A stretch of 63,502 nucleotides of DNA, the filler included. It is 10 parts of 10 records of this genome, joined end to end, with 100 filler letters (N's around TTAATTAATTAA, not from the genome) between each part and the next. Parts side by side here need not be neighbours in the genome. Positions count along the whole stretch, not along the records: positions 15,530 to 27,204 come from SRR15195285_710; positions 27,305 to 31,997 come from SRR15195285_712; positions 32,098 to 35,989 come from SRR15195285_715; 7 more parts are not named here. One strand, written 5' to 3'. The position numbers and the translations under genes are program-made. Positions 19,001 to 32,442 of the stretch are shown here, in pieces (the stretch's first letter is position 1; every line of letters begins with the position of its first letter). The notes below the pieces were generated by a model that worked only from the letters and a program-made list of their open reading frames with translations, did no database searches and was not told where the DNA came from.

Positions 19001-22000
19001 CAACGGTGTTGTGCGCACGGAAGTCGCGGCAGCCGATGTGGACTTCAGCGGCGCGGAGCCACCTTACTACATCTGCAAGGTGAACATGCCAGCAAAGATC
19101 GGAGTTGGCGGTCACGTTGCCATTGGCAACTCCGACACCTGCGACTCAAATGCACACAACAACGTGCTAAACGATCTAAACGGTGCCCCTTTGGCCCGCT
19201 GGGAGCAGCGGGTTGTTGGACCTGTGAACATCGCTAATCCGGCGATCAGCTTCTCCACAGAGCCGGACGGCGCCATGATTTTGAGTGAGGCCGATGCCGT
19301 CCTGGTGGACGGCGCGGACCCGGATACGAAAGTCATCCAGGCGCTCAATGTTGTCTGCCCGCTTACAGACGTGGGCCCGGAGGACGAAACGTACATGCGC
19401 CATGGTGACACTTACTACAGGCACATCCCGACGTCTCGTTTCCTCGAAAATACCCTTGAGAATCCGATGACCACTCCACCGGACTCGTTCGCGTTCTCGC
19501 CTCGTCTGTATGGGGACTCGGTCTGCCCGAACGTGCCGAAGACGTTCCTCAATCGCGACACGTGTGTCCGTCGACCGGAGTGTGTTGGTCCCCTCGAGTA
19601 CTCGGACACAGAGCTCGTGCTGGACGAAGCAACGATCCTGGCGATGTACTCAACGTCGGCAAACCGTCACGTGCACTACGTCGACGGCCTCGAATTTCAG
19701 CGCGGCCAGCGCAGCGGATACAATCCGTTCGATCCGGCTATGCCAGACCTCAGCGGTGGTTACGGAGCCAAGGGCCAAATTGGCGCGGGCACTCTGATGG
19801 TGAGCCCTTGCGCTGGCTCCTCGCGCTGGCGCAGCAGCCCTGGAGCCTGCGCGGCGGAAACTGCCCTAGGTGATGACACCAAAGCTTCAATCCGATCAGC
19901 GATCCAAACCAGCGAAGATACCAACCCGCTGGTGAAAGATCTCGTCACCATTGCCGGCGTCTGCAGCGGAGACGACGTGATCGGGGCGGCTGTAACAGTT
20001 GGGGATCAATGCTGGGAACACACGCACCCCGCCAACCTCAACGTGATCGATTTCACGCAATGGACTGTTGGCAACGCCCAAGTCCAGAGTTACTTTAATA
20101 CTATCAGAGAAAGTCCAACCGCCAAATACGCGTGGAACAACGAGGCTGCCTACATGTTCTCGCTTGAGCAGGATGGTGCTGCTTGGAACGCATTCATCAA
20201 CGCTTACACGCGAATCTATCAGGACATGAAGATGAAGCAGGCGATGGGGCTACCCACCAAGTGGAGGGGTGCTGGCTGGGTGATGGGCAGGCTCGGAGAT
20301 ACCATCTCGTTCAACGACCTGACCCCCGAGTTCCAGACACCAGAGTTCGCTGCCTATGTCGGTGCAACTGTCGTCGGCGGCGGCGAGTACGACGGCACCG
20401 AAGCGTGTGGATCTCCGGGTGAAGCTGCTAGCGACGCTTCGCTCGGCATGAACTACGGCAGCTATGGCGTCGGGCGCCTGGTCGGAGACGTTGGGGCCAC
20501 ACAGTTCTATAAAGACGCAGGTCAGCGAATCAAACAGTCAGGCGGAGACGACAAGTCGAACCTGTTCACGAACGTGGTGGTGAAAGCGGACGATCAGTTG
20601 CGCCAGCGCGTGGCATGGGCATTCGCTCAGCAGCATGTTGTCTCGCGAACTGCGTTTCCGAGAATCCATTCATCGGAGGGTGAGATGTGGCCTCAGTACA
20701 TGGACATTTTCGTGCGTAACGCTTTCGGCAACTTCAGGGACATCATGCGCGAGGTTGCGTACAGCCCGATGCAAGGCAAATACTTGACGTTCCTGCGCTC
20801 GATTGCTTACGCCGCGTCGGGCAAGTATCCTGACGAGAACTTCGCGCGCGAGTTCATGCAGCTGTTCACAATCGGAGTCAACAAGCTGAATTCTGATGGC
20901 ACGATGCAGGTCGATGCTGACGGCCGCCCCCTGGAGACATACGCCAACAGAGACATCATGAACTTCGCGCGACTATGGACTGGCTTTGTAGCGCCTAGAC
21001 CACGCAATAACAAGGAGGATCGGTGGGAAAATGGTGATGAGAACATACAAGACCCGATGGGCCTGCAGCCCCGCTGGAGAGATCCGTGGCCGAAAACGGA
21101 CCTCTTCGGTGGACACATCGGTGACGGGACGCCCGTTTGCAGCGACCTGCCGGAGCAGATGTTCCTTCGCCCAGGCGCCACGTACGTGTACCGCGGGTAC
21201 ACTGAGATATGCTCTGCAAGCTCGGTTTTGACAGGCGGCCAGGGGCTGGGCGGGTGTTCGGACAACACTGCGGATATGCCTCGGGGGCACTACGCCGGTT
21301 CTGTTGGGGCCATTGCGCTGTCAGACACGAGTGCACTCCGCCAGCAGCTGTGTGCGGTAGATGCCGATGGGGCGTGCGCGTTCCCCTCTGTGGTCACGCT
21401 GGCTGTTGTCCTGCCATGCGACGGCGACGAGTGCGATGTTGAGACCCTAAAGCAGGTCAAGGTCGAGACTGCAACAGAGGTCGTGTTCTACGAGTACGAG
21501 CCACCACCGTGCGTCAACCTGGCCTTCTACAACGACGCGAAGAGAGTCAGGGCCAGCAACCAATGGAATAAGCACATGTGCGCAAACCCGCTGACAGCAG
21601 CTGCAAGCTCGTCTTGCTGCAACGCGCCGGACAACCCAGGCCAACCCGCGATGAGCATGTGCAACTACAGACGCGAGCGCACGACGTACGCAGAGGCCGA
21701 GCGTCGGTGCGCCGCCATCCCGGACCTTGGCATTATCCAGTATCCCGGTGGCGCCGCATGGCAAAAAACCTACGAGCCGCTTCCTGGTGGTGGCGTCGGG
21801 TACTTCATGGCCGTGGACCCAGGGGGCAATCCTGACCTTAGCGAGTGCAGAATTGAAACCGACCCGTTGGAGGTCCGCTGCTGCTCAGACACTCAGGTCG
21901 GCAGCCTTTTGTCACCGGCTGGCGTTGACAGTGCAGAAGCAGCGGCCAACGTGGCACTGGGCCGTCCATGCACCCAGTCCTCTGTGCACGGTGGTGGCGT

Positions 22001-25000
22001 GTGCGAGCGCGCGTTCGACGGCAACACTGATGGAGCCTGGGCGGGCGGGAGTGTTATCCACACGGGGCGCGGAGGGGTTGACCAATACGTGCAAGTTGAT
22101 CTCGGTGCTGACACCCTTCTCGAAGGAGTCACTGTGTACTTCCGCACCGACTGCTGTGCCGGACGCCAAAATGGGGCGACGATCAAGGTATCGAGCACGC
22201 CCGACTACAGCGCGGCTGATGCGGTGCAGTGCGGTGGACAATTCACGCATGCGGGGATCGCGACAGGTTCGCAAACACTCAGCTGCCCTGGTGTGACGGG
22301 GCGGTACGTGACGCTCTACCAGTTCGACATGTTTATCCACATTTCTGAGATGCAGGTGATGGCTGCCCACACAGAGACGTGCTCGACGGCGTTTCCCGAC
22401 GGCATGCCCTTCAGCTCGGCAAGCTTGGACAACGCTGTCACGCAAGCGCAGCGTGTCCCAGATGCTCCGCTCTTCGCGGTACAGGAGGGACCTTGTGGCA
22501 GTGCGTACGAGCCCATCCTGACGTTGGAAGAATGCCAGGCCGCCCAGGACTACCTGCCTGAAATTGCTGCGTACGGCTGGCTTGGGGGACGCGATGCGCC
22601 TACTGAGCCTGGCGTGCACTGGATTGAGGGATGCAGCCACCGCAACACCCAGATTCTTTTCCACGAGCTCGGAGCTACCAGTACCACCGGCTGGGGCAGT
22701 AACTGGGCCCCCAACCTCCGCTCCATCTGCAAACTCACACAGGATGTCGACACCATAGGTACCTGCGTTCGCGCACGTACGAAATCTTTCGCCGAGCAGG
22801 TGTGCGAAGCCGAAGGCGCACGCCTATGTACCCAAGCGGAAGTGGCTGCGGAGTGCGTCTCCCAAGCGCCATGTACCTACCGCCAGGACCTGATGTGGAC
22901 CTCGGATACTTGCGTGCCGCCGGACACAATGGCGGTATGCCAAAACTACAGATGGGTGCCCCCGGCTGCACAGCCTGAAACGGAGTGTGGCCAGGAGGAC
23001 TGGATGTGGACCTCAGATTCTTGCAATCTCCAAGTCAACGTCAACGCGGACGGCGGGCTCAACGTCGTGCATGACGTCCCAGGTGTGCCAAACTACACTC
23101 CAGGTGTTGGAAACGGATATGTGGTCGAGACGGTCAGACTTGACCACATTAAGTCGCTAATGAAGTGGGACGTTCAGTGGGTAGATGGCCTGTTCCCAGA
23201 CCCAACCCAAGACTGCTTCGGGTCCTCGGATTGTCAGGTCCACGAGGCCGAAGGCCAGGCCGCGACGTGCCTGTGCTCAGTGTCCGTTGAGGACACTGCT
23301 CCGTTCACGGACATGGCAGCCCTGCCGTCTCGTGACGACGTGATGTCTCGTCTCAAAATCGGCGCTGCGTCCCCAGCGGTGTTCGATGCGGGCACCTACA
23401 CGCAGTGTGTCACCGCCGAGTGCGCTGCTGTGGCCGACGTGCAGATCTGGACCACCGCGGGTGTACTCGACACGGACACGATTTTCGCTGTCGAGTTCCA
23501 CACCGAAACGCGCTACTTCCTGAACAAGGAGTCTGCAGTGGGATTCAGCGGCTTCAGCTTCCGCAACCCTCCACAGTTCGCCAAGTGGGACGGCATGACA
23601 CTAGACACTGACGTGAGATACGAGACCGAAGCTCTGTTTGACAGCCTCCTCCATCATCCCAACACCGCGCCACATACTGCCAAGTCGCTGATCCAGCGAT
23701 TCGTCACGTCGAACCCTTCCACCCGCTATGTATCCGTAGTGTCCGAGGCGTTTTCGACAGGCACGTACGCCGGCCGCACCTACTCCGGCAAGTACGGCGA
23801 CCTCGCTGCTACTGTGGCCGCCATGTTGCTGGACCGGGAGTCGCGCTCCGCGGCTGTCAAAGCGGATCTCAACCACGGTATGCTACGGGAACCGTACGCT
23901 TCCCTCATCCACGTATTCCGCGCAATGGAGTATCAGAGCCCTTACGAGATCAGCATGGAAGGGCTGCGCAACAAAATCGGGCAGGAGCCGTACAACTCCC
24001 CGTCTGTCTTCAATTTCTACAGCCCGACGTACTCGCCGACCGGGAAGGTCGCTGACGCCGGTCTCGTTAGCCCCGAAGCAGAGCTGCTGTCTGCGCCAAA
24101 CACGGTCGGCCTGTTCAATGGACTCCACGCTCTGGTGGATTACGGTTTGTCCGGGTGCAACGGCGGCTTCTCTGCGTGGTACGCCGCAAATGATATCGGC
24201 GGAGTAGACTGCAACCACCAAGAATCCGCCCGAGAGGGCGCCCTTGGCTTGCTCTCGCTACCACCCCCGGAAGATCGTACAGCAGAAAGCGTGGTCGATC
24301 AGCTGGACCTGCTCCTCACCGGCGGACGGCTTTCTCCCGCGACCAGGGCGTCGATCATCGAGAGCGTCGATGCAGCGCACTACCGTAACATGTACATGGT
24401 CGCCCATGGTGCCGGCCTTGTCAACCCGGTGACAGGCGACACTGGCCTGGCGTCATACTGTGCCGCCAGTGGGGAGATTCACGACGTAGCCTGCTGCTCA
24501 GACGAGCGGGACACGCACGGCGACCTCCCGTACGGAATGGGCCACCGCTTTGCGGAATGCGCCGCTGTGACCAACCCGCTGTGGGTCGGATCCTGGGTCC
24601 TCGAAGGCTGCGGCGACTGTCCCAACAACGGGTGTAAAAATGCGTGCTGCATTGAAGACGTGGAGTTCCAGGAGGCTCAGGCTACGTGCGCTGCCGACAA
24701 CGCGCGCATGTGCACAGTCGAGGAGCTTGAAGCCGGCTGCGCAAGTTACAACGGCTGCGGCCACGGCGGTGACTTCCTCTGGTCTAACACGCCCTGCGAA
24801 GTCGACGCGACTGAGGATGCGCAGCGTCTGGCCGCTAAGCTCATTCTCGGCACAAGTGAATTCAAAACGACTGCTGACAACAGGCAGAAGGCAACGCCGC
24901 GTGTCCCACTACCGGCCGTAGAATCACAGGGTAGGCCTTACAAGGCCGTGGTCCTCATCTACTTGAGCGGCGGCGCGGACACGCACAATCTGGTCGTCCC

Positions 25001-26225
25001 TCACAGCAACTGCGATGCGTCCGTAGGGGACCTGTACGCCCAGTACCAGGAGGTGCGCGGAGTCGGAGAAGGCGGCGTGGCTCTGATGCCGAATCAGCTG
25101 CTCCCGATCGCGCTCCCAGACGGCACGCAAGTATGCAACACGTTCGGCATGCACCACAAGCTGGTCAACTTGAAGCAGATGTGGGATGCTGGCGACCTAT
25201 CGTTCTACGCCAACGTCGGCTGTATGATTGAGCCCCTCACCAAGGACGAGTACCGGGCCAAGACCAAACGTATCCCAAGCAACCTGGGCAGCCACGCTCA
25301 CCAGACGCAGACCGCTCAGAGCGTCTGGGCAAGCTATTCCGGCGCCAAGGGCATCCTGGGCCGGATGGTGGACGCACTCATGTCCCAGGACAACGCCTAT
25401 AGGTCCGCCTCGTACAGCATTTGGGGAAACCAGAAGGCTGTGCACGGCTACCGCGCCCCAACCTTCATCCACTTCAGGCGTGGAATTGCCCAGTTCAGGC
25501 AGTATGGCCAGATCGCGCGGCACTACCAGAATATCTCAGGTCTGGAGAGCATGTCGATCTTCGCTGACACTTGGGCTGAGGCGCTCGCCGACACGCTGGT
25601 CAAATCTCGATCAATCGCCGATCAGTACGCCGCGGGCTCCACCACGGAATCGTTCGGCATCAACTGCCCGTCCCTCGTCACCTGTAATCTGGCGGATCAA
25701 CTCAAGTCGGTTGCCCAAATGATGTCTTCGCGCGCCCTGACCGAAAATGAACGCGAGGTTTACCTCGTTTCCATGGGCACGTGGGATTACCACCAAGACA
25801 CGCGTGACAAATTCAGCAAGTCACTCGAAGTGGTCGACGCCTCGATCGCCGCGTTCAAGCGCGAGATGGATCATCAAGGCCTCTGGGACAACGTTGTGCT
25901 GTTGATCTCCTCTGACTTCGGTCGCACGCTCACGAGCAACGGGCTCGGGACCGACCACGCCTGGGGAGGCAACTACTTCGCTGTCGGAGGCAGCATCAAT
26001 GGCGGCCAGATGCTCGGCGTTTACCCATCGGACCTGCGAGAAGGGAACCCTCTTGACTCAGGCCGCGGCCGTATGATTCCTACCATGCCGTGGGAAGGCA
26101 TGTGGCACGGCGTTGCCCAGTGGATGGACATCGCGCCAGAAAAGATCTTGGAGGTTCTGCCCGATGCTGCAAATTTCGAGGCAGGAACGACGCTGACGAC
26201 TCGCGAACAGGCGTTCGTGAACTAA
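16046..26225 (+). CDS. Giant secreted protein (~3,280 aa): signal peptide, dockerin-like twin EF-hand, SEA-like, TSP1 repeats, F5/8-fucolectin domains, split DUF1800, C-terminal DUF1501
   Basis: Exons 16046-16547, 16717-16768, 16860-17404 and 17473-26225 splice in frame. TSP1: WTEWSVCPVPCGGG, WSDCSLACGGG. Fucolectin: SWWQVDL, NVALGRPCTQSS, RTDCC. DUF1800: QLRQRVAWA, PDENFAREFMQLFTIG, FVTSNPS, PSVFNFY. DUF1501: YKAVVLIYLSGGAD, SDFGRT, GTDHAWGG. Confidence 0.88.
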
Positions 26226-27204
26226 AGCAAAATGTAAAGTTGTTGTCACACAAGAACACAAGAGAAAGAACTTCCGGAGTGAAAAATGTAAAGAAGTGTA
26301 CATGATTGTTGCAACCGAGCCTAGCAGCTAGCACTTCCTAGGCGGCCTTCGCGGCGCACTGCATGCGCGGGCTGGTGCATGCGTGCGTGCGCTGCCGCCC
26401 CTACCATAATGTGCCATATACTCGACCATTACACCGGGGCACACGTCGGCTCGGTCCCGCGGATTTTGGCGACAGCGAGCATCCAGAATTCTGAATCCAG
26501 GATCAGTCATTCTTGGCTTGACTAAGTAGAGTATGTTGCATTCAACCCTTATCGCCCTTGTGCCCGCATGGTCAACTTTATCGAGGGGCCACATCACTTC
26601 AGTAGACCCCACACACAGGGCATACGAGCCCCGTCCGCCCCGGTGCGCTGGTGTGCGGTGGCAGGACCGCTAGGGCCCTCACATGTATACAGCTGTCATA
26701 GCACCCAGGTCGATGCTCACATGTCACATACAGTATCTCTAAGCTAATACGTGGCTTTGTGTGGGCGCTCGCGCCAGCGTTCCTACTGGCGACTGGCCCT
26801 TTCGGCGCTCTCCTGTGTCTCAGCGCTTCAGCAGCTCAGCTAGCTGTCTGTGGTATCTTATCTAGCGCCTTTAGAAGGGTGATGCCAAGCTATAGTTTGC
26901 TACAAGTGGGTCCTGGGAACGGAAGGCCAAATCTACCCTGAAAACCAGGGCGAAAAGCACGAAGAGAAGATGGCGTCGAGCGACACCAGGCGATCCGCGG
27001 CCATGAAACTGCTCTTCTACGGTGTACCCCGGGCAATTCGAAGGTGCCCGAAGCGATGGTGACCAGCCCGACCGGCAGCAGTGAGGGCAAACCTGTGATA
27101 TGCTGGGCTTAAGTGCAGCCCAGCAGCATCGTCCGCGCGAGGCTGATTCGCAAAGGGAGAAGCACGTGCCCTCGTGCCCTCGGCGCCAGCCACTTACCGC
27201 AAAA

Positions 27205-27304
27205 NNNNNNNNNNNNNNNNNNNNNNNNNNNNNNNNNNNNNNNNNNNNTTAATTAATTAANNNNNNNNNNNNNNNNNNNNNNNNNNNNNNNNNNNNNNNN
27301 NNNN
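27205..27304. other. Artificial contig linker
   Basis: N-run/TTAATTAATTAA/N-run. Confidence 0.97.
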
Positions 27305-27306
27305 TC

Positions 27307-30300
27307 GAGGCGCCTGCGGAGGTCGAGGCGCCTGTCGGCGCCGGCTCGAAGCAGCTCGAGGCCGCGCGGAATAAACTGCGGCTATGCACGAGAAAGCTGA
27401 CTGCAGGGGCACCGATCGACAGCCATGGTATGCTGTCAAGTGCGCAACTCACTGCAGCGCGCGAGGCGGCAGCGACCGAACGCGAACCAGTGCACGAGCG
27501 CGGCCCGCAGCAGAACGACCCGGAGGGCTTGGCGAGCCCAACCACGAAAGAGCGTGAGGGTGGCGTTGACTTGGTGTGGTTCAAACAGAAGGTCGAGTTC
27601 GAGAAGGAGCACAGCAAAAATAACCGACGGCACTACCTCGACTTCTACAAGAAGTACGAGGACAACCCGACTGAACCGCAGACTGATCTCGGTGAAATTC
27701 AGTACTCGTGGGGCATTGTGTTCGCTCTGCCCGATATGAAAGAGGAGAAATGGGCGAAGAAGGCTGGAAACGACTCTGAGGTGCAACTGATCCACCCAGA
27801 GTGCTGGTCCCTGGTGCAGCGCATGTGGTCGGCAGACTTGGAGATTGCGATGGAACCATCGTCAGACGGTACAGAGGTCCATGTATCGGTCGGCGCGTCG
27901 TACGAAGTATTGGTTGACGAGGCGAACGTGCTGAAGCCGCGCATGCGGATGATCAGCTGCAAGGGTACATCGCTATTCGATTCCGAGATGATCTCGAACT
28001 ATATGCCGTCACTGTTTGATGAGCCTGAGAAGGCTACTTGTTTCACCTCCGCTCATGCTCAGACACTGGTGCTGAGTCGAATGAACCGGGTTGCAGGCAT
28101 CGAGTGGGAAGAACGCGTGCGCTCTGTGGCACGCGAGAAGGCAATGGAGCTCGTCAAGTCTGACCTAGACCGCAAGAGGCCAGTTCGTGCGCGACGCGTG
28201 CGTGAGTTGTTGGCCTCACACGGCGCCTTCCGCCCGAATGCTCGTAAGATTCTCGGCGAGGAGATTGATGTACTGCGCGAGCAAATTGTGGCCGATCCGT
28301 TTTACAAGATAGAGCCAGAGCACGAGCTGACCAAGCATGAACTTGCGATCCTGCATGCCGAAGAGGAACACATGGCAGCTCTTGGTCTCCAAGTCCCAAA
28401 GTATGAAGATGTGGTTAGGGTTGTCGAAATTTTGGAAGAGTACACTTCTAAGGAGCCTGGCCTGTCCGAGGAGTTTATTGGCGCTGTGAAGATGTACTTC
28501 CCACTGCACAACGCAGATGAAATCGACTTCTTGAAGCGCACCTGGGGTTCGTATCACTTGATCTGCCAACCTTTTGTCACCGGGAAAACAGTGGAGGGCG
28601 AGAGTAGCGCGAACTACTACCGTGCTTCGATGGAGGATAAGCAGTTCTCCGCCTTGTACACTCCGCTCGACACAATTCGGGATTACTTCGGTGAGCACGT
28701 TGGACTGTATCAGGCGTGGCTGACTCTCTACACAAGATACTTGATCTTCCCAGCGTTTATCGGATTGATTATTCAGTTCTATCAGATCTTTGCGCCAAAC
28801 GTTGACTCGACCAACAACTGGTTGATGGTACCGTACAGTGTTTTCCTCTGCCTGTGGTCGGCACAGTTTAACAGTTCGTGGAATCGGCGTGAGCACGAGC
28901 TGCAGTTTCTCTGGGGAACCGAGCTAGTGGAGGAGGAAGAGCCGGTGCGCGCGGACTTCAAAGGAGCTCTCGTCATCGACCCTGTCACTAAGGGCGAGGA
29001 GATGCAGTACTACAGCGCCTGCGCTCGTGCTACACGCATCATTCTCTCGACTTTGATTAGCATCACGATCATGCTGATAGTGGTGTTTCTGGCCTTCACT
29101 GCCACAACCGTTCGTTTTCACAACGCCCCAGACCCTTCGGACGTCTACTGCGCAGAGCAGATCACGTATGAAGGACCGCTGGTAGTGAACGGTACGCAAC
29201 GGAACATAACCGCCAACGGCACAGATACCGGTGTCCCGATAGTGGTCAATATCACAGACCATCTGCGAATAGAAGGAATCTACACAAAGGTCGACTGCCA
29301 GGCGCTTGCCACAAAGGAGACCGTCGACGTGCTTGGAATCATTGACGAAATTTCGGTTGTCCATCACGTGGATGATGACGACATTATCCACACCACATGG
29401 GTTGATGGTTGGCCATCAGAGACGACAGACTTCGACAAAAAGAAGTGGGGCTGGCTCAGTGCATTTCTCAATACAATCATGATCGTTATCTTCGGCAACA
29501 TCTACGAGTCGCTGGCTTTGTCCTTGACAGACTGGGAAAATCATCGCACCAAAACTGAGTATATGGACCAGTTGATTCTGAAGAATTTCGGGTTCCAGTT
29601 CATCAACAATTATTTTGTTCTCTTCTACATCGGGTATATGCGCCAAATCGACACCTCATCATTTGGAGGTCCACCTGTTGAGGTGACTGAGTGTCGGAGT
29701 GGCACCTGTCTCGGCCAATTGCAGACACAGATCGTCGTCGTCTTCACGTGAGTCCTGCGCTTCTTTGCACATGTTTCGATGTTCAATTTCGATTGATGTC
29801 CTGAGACTGCAGTTGTGCGGATTGGATATCTTTCTGCCTGCAGAACCAAGACGATGGTTGCACAGCTGCTCGAGATATTTAAGCCACGCATCAAAGCGAA
29901 ATCGGAAGAAGCAAAACGACTGCTGCGAATTCGGGAGCTCAAAAATGCAATGGGTCAGATTACAACTCAAGCGGCGAATGCAACGATGAATGCGGAGACC
30001 AGGGAGATGATGGGTCTGGACAAGGATTCGATTGCCCATGAACGAGCGCAGCAGAAGAAGCGACAAGAGATTGAGATGCGGTTCGCTGCAGCTGTAGCAG
30101 ACGACTCACAGTCTGCTGTTGAGCGCGAGTCGTTCCTAATGCCGTACGACTCTACTTTTGACGATTTCAACGAGATGGCCATTCAATTCGGCTACTGTAC
30201 GTGCGGTACTTTCGTTCCCGAGACCTACAAACCACAATTTTATGGAGCTCATTGCTTACCAGCCGTTCTTGATTTTGCCTGCTGCAGTGGCACTTTTCTC

Positions 30301-31176
30301 GCCGGTCTATCCATTCGCCGCATTCCTTGCTTTTCTAAACAATATCGTGGAGATCAGGGTCGACGCTGCAAAGCTGTGCTATACGATGCGACGCCCGCAA
30401 TGGACGGCAGCGGCTGACATCGGCAGCTGGTATACAGTTATGAATGTTCTTGGGTTCGTGGCAGTGATCACCAACGCAACGATGATCACTTTTGTCGGGA
30501 AGTTGCTAGCCGATACAGAGGAAGCAGCAACGGGTGGACTGAACGCCCGAACCAAAAAGTGGCATCTTTGGGGCATCGCGGTGGCTGTTGAGCACTCGGT
30601 ACTCATTGGACGCGTGCTCATCCTTACTGTGTGGCCAGAGACTCCTAGATGGATCGAAACTGCCAAGAGGCAGCTCGCTTGGCACCAGGAGGTGAATGAT
30701 ACACAGCCACAGCAGCAGGCATGTTCATCGTTCCTGTAATATATTGTCGTCTCACCATCTCTGCTGCGTGTGTTCGTGTCGTTCTGTCGCCGCAGAAAAT
30801 GAAGCCTGGACGACAAGTCCTGGAAGAGCTCGAGCTTCACACACAGTATAAGAACAAATACGACGTCTCTGACGACCAAGTCGACCCGGCGGTTGAGCGC
30901 CTTCTTCTAACTCAGAACAGCATCCGCAAGTACATGGAGGATCGTGGAATGGGCCCAGAGCAGAGGAGAGCAGAAAGGGAAGAGCGTCGGACGCGCGCAC
31001 TTGCTGCGATTGAGCGCGGTGAAGTGCCGGAGGTGAAGAAGCCAGAGAAATCATCTCCGAAGAGTCCAGGCGACACACATGTGAAGATTTCCAACCCGTT
31101 GCAGCAGGAGTTTGACATCGATGACTTCGATAACAGCGACGACGACACGGATGACAATGTCGGGCCGGAAAACTAA
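27307..31176 (+). CDS. Anoctamin/TMEM16 family Ca-activated channel/scramblase (5'-truncated)
   Basis: Motifs PLDTIRDYFGEHVGLY, LTDWENHRT, FQFINNY, DDFNEMAIQFGY, NNIVEIRVDA, DIGSW, AVITNA, EH. Introns 29748-29843, 30197-30287 and 30692-30795. The frame is open to the contig edge. Confidence 0.92.
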
Positions 31177-31331
31177 GACCCCAAAAATGATGGCAGCAGT
31201 ACTGTTTAGTATGTAATCTGCATTCTCTGCGATCTCATCAGTACACGTAGGTATTCAACGGTGAAGTGGTGTTCACATTTTTATCCGCTACCAGCTAGGT
31301 TTCTTGGTAGACTAACTTGCCAAAAACGCTA

Positions 31332-31997
31332 TCAACGTATAGCAAGCAGCTCAACAGTGAAAATCAAGGTAGCCATAGGCGGGATCGGCCCGGTACCCGC
31401 GCTGCCGTAGGCAAGGCGGGCTGGGATCGTTAAGACTGCCTTGGAACCAACCGTCATGTTGCTTAGCCCTTCCGACCAGCCAGCAATCACTCCATCCAGT
31501 GAGAACACAGCGGGCTCACCCCGTTGCAGCGATGAGTCGAACACTGTACCATCTGCCAACCGACCCTCATAATGTACACGAACTGTATCCGTTGGTCCTG
31601 GTTGTCGCTCACCTGCATGCACACCACAGGTGTTGATCAGGTCTTCACCGCAGCCTATGTGTACTCTAAGCTAAAACCGAGAAAGGAGGAGCAAAGCAAG
31701 GTTCATCACCACAAGCCCTAAGTTTCATGCGGTGACTGGTAGCTGGTGACTGTCAGCTAGCAGTCGCTTTGAGGAGCCTCACCGTTTCCAGGAACAACGA
31801 TACGGATGACCATTCCGCTTCCTGTCACCCAAGCGCCCTGAGACTTTGTGGCCTCACAAATGATCTCATCTTCGGCGCTTCCGCCAAATCCGTACTCTGC
31901 GCCCTGTGGACCCTCCCAGAACACGCCCACTCCTCGGCGCTCTCCTTCTTCTGCTCTCCGCGCCGCGCCTCCCTCTGCCTGTACTTCTACCGCTTCC
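31332..31997 (-). CDS. FKBP-type peptidyl-prolyl isomerase (FkpA/Mip-like), 5'-truncated
   Basis: [49 protein letters not shown]. The upstream exon ([16 protein letters not shown]) joins via intron 31613-31782. Confidence 0.9.
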
Positions 31998-32097
31998 NNN
32001 NNNNNNNNNNNNNNNNNNNNNNNNNNNNNNNNNNNNNNNNNTTAATTAATTAANNNNNNNNNNNNNNNNNNNNNNNNNNNNNNNNNNNNNNNNNNNN
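31998..32097. other. Artificial contig linker
   Basis: N-run/TTAATTAATTAA/N-run. Confidence 0.97.
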
Positions 32098-32442
32098 GAG
32101 GGCTGCTGCGGCGGAGGCGGAAGCTGCTGACGCCACAGTACGCTAGCGCGAGTGGTCCACCGGTCTAAAATCGTCCAGGTAGAAAAAAATTGATTCATTT
32201 CCTCATACAGGGTATGCTAGTCGCACACAATCATGCGACCAGATCGTAGATCTGATTCACTATGCATGTATGCGCGAATAATTGACGGGTCTGGAGCTAA
32301 TCGGGCTTTTTAAAAAGTTTCTATGCGCATGGTGCAGGTGGTAGAGGGCATAAGGGCCTTGTATGTATGCCCTCTATCAGCCGCGCTGTGGGGCTCCAGA
32401 AAACGGACCACCAAACTAAAGCCATCAACATTTTGCTACGCT

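Noticed and set aside
26330-27204. Possible gene or TE fragment after the giant gene (also 53316-53800)
   Set aside because: No recognisable protein motif, terminal repeat or target-site duplication.
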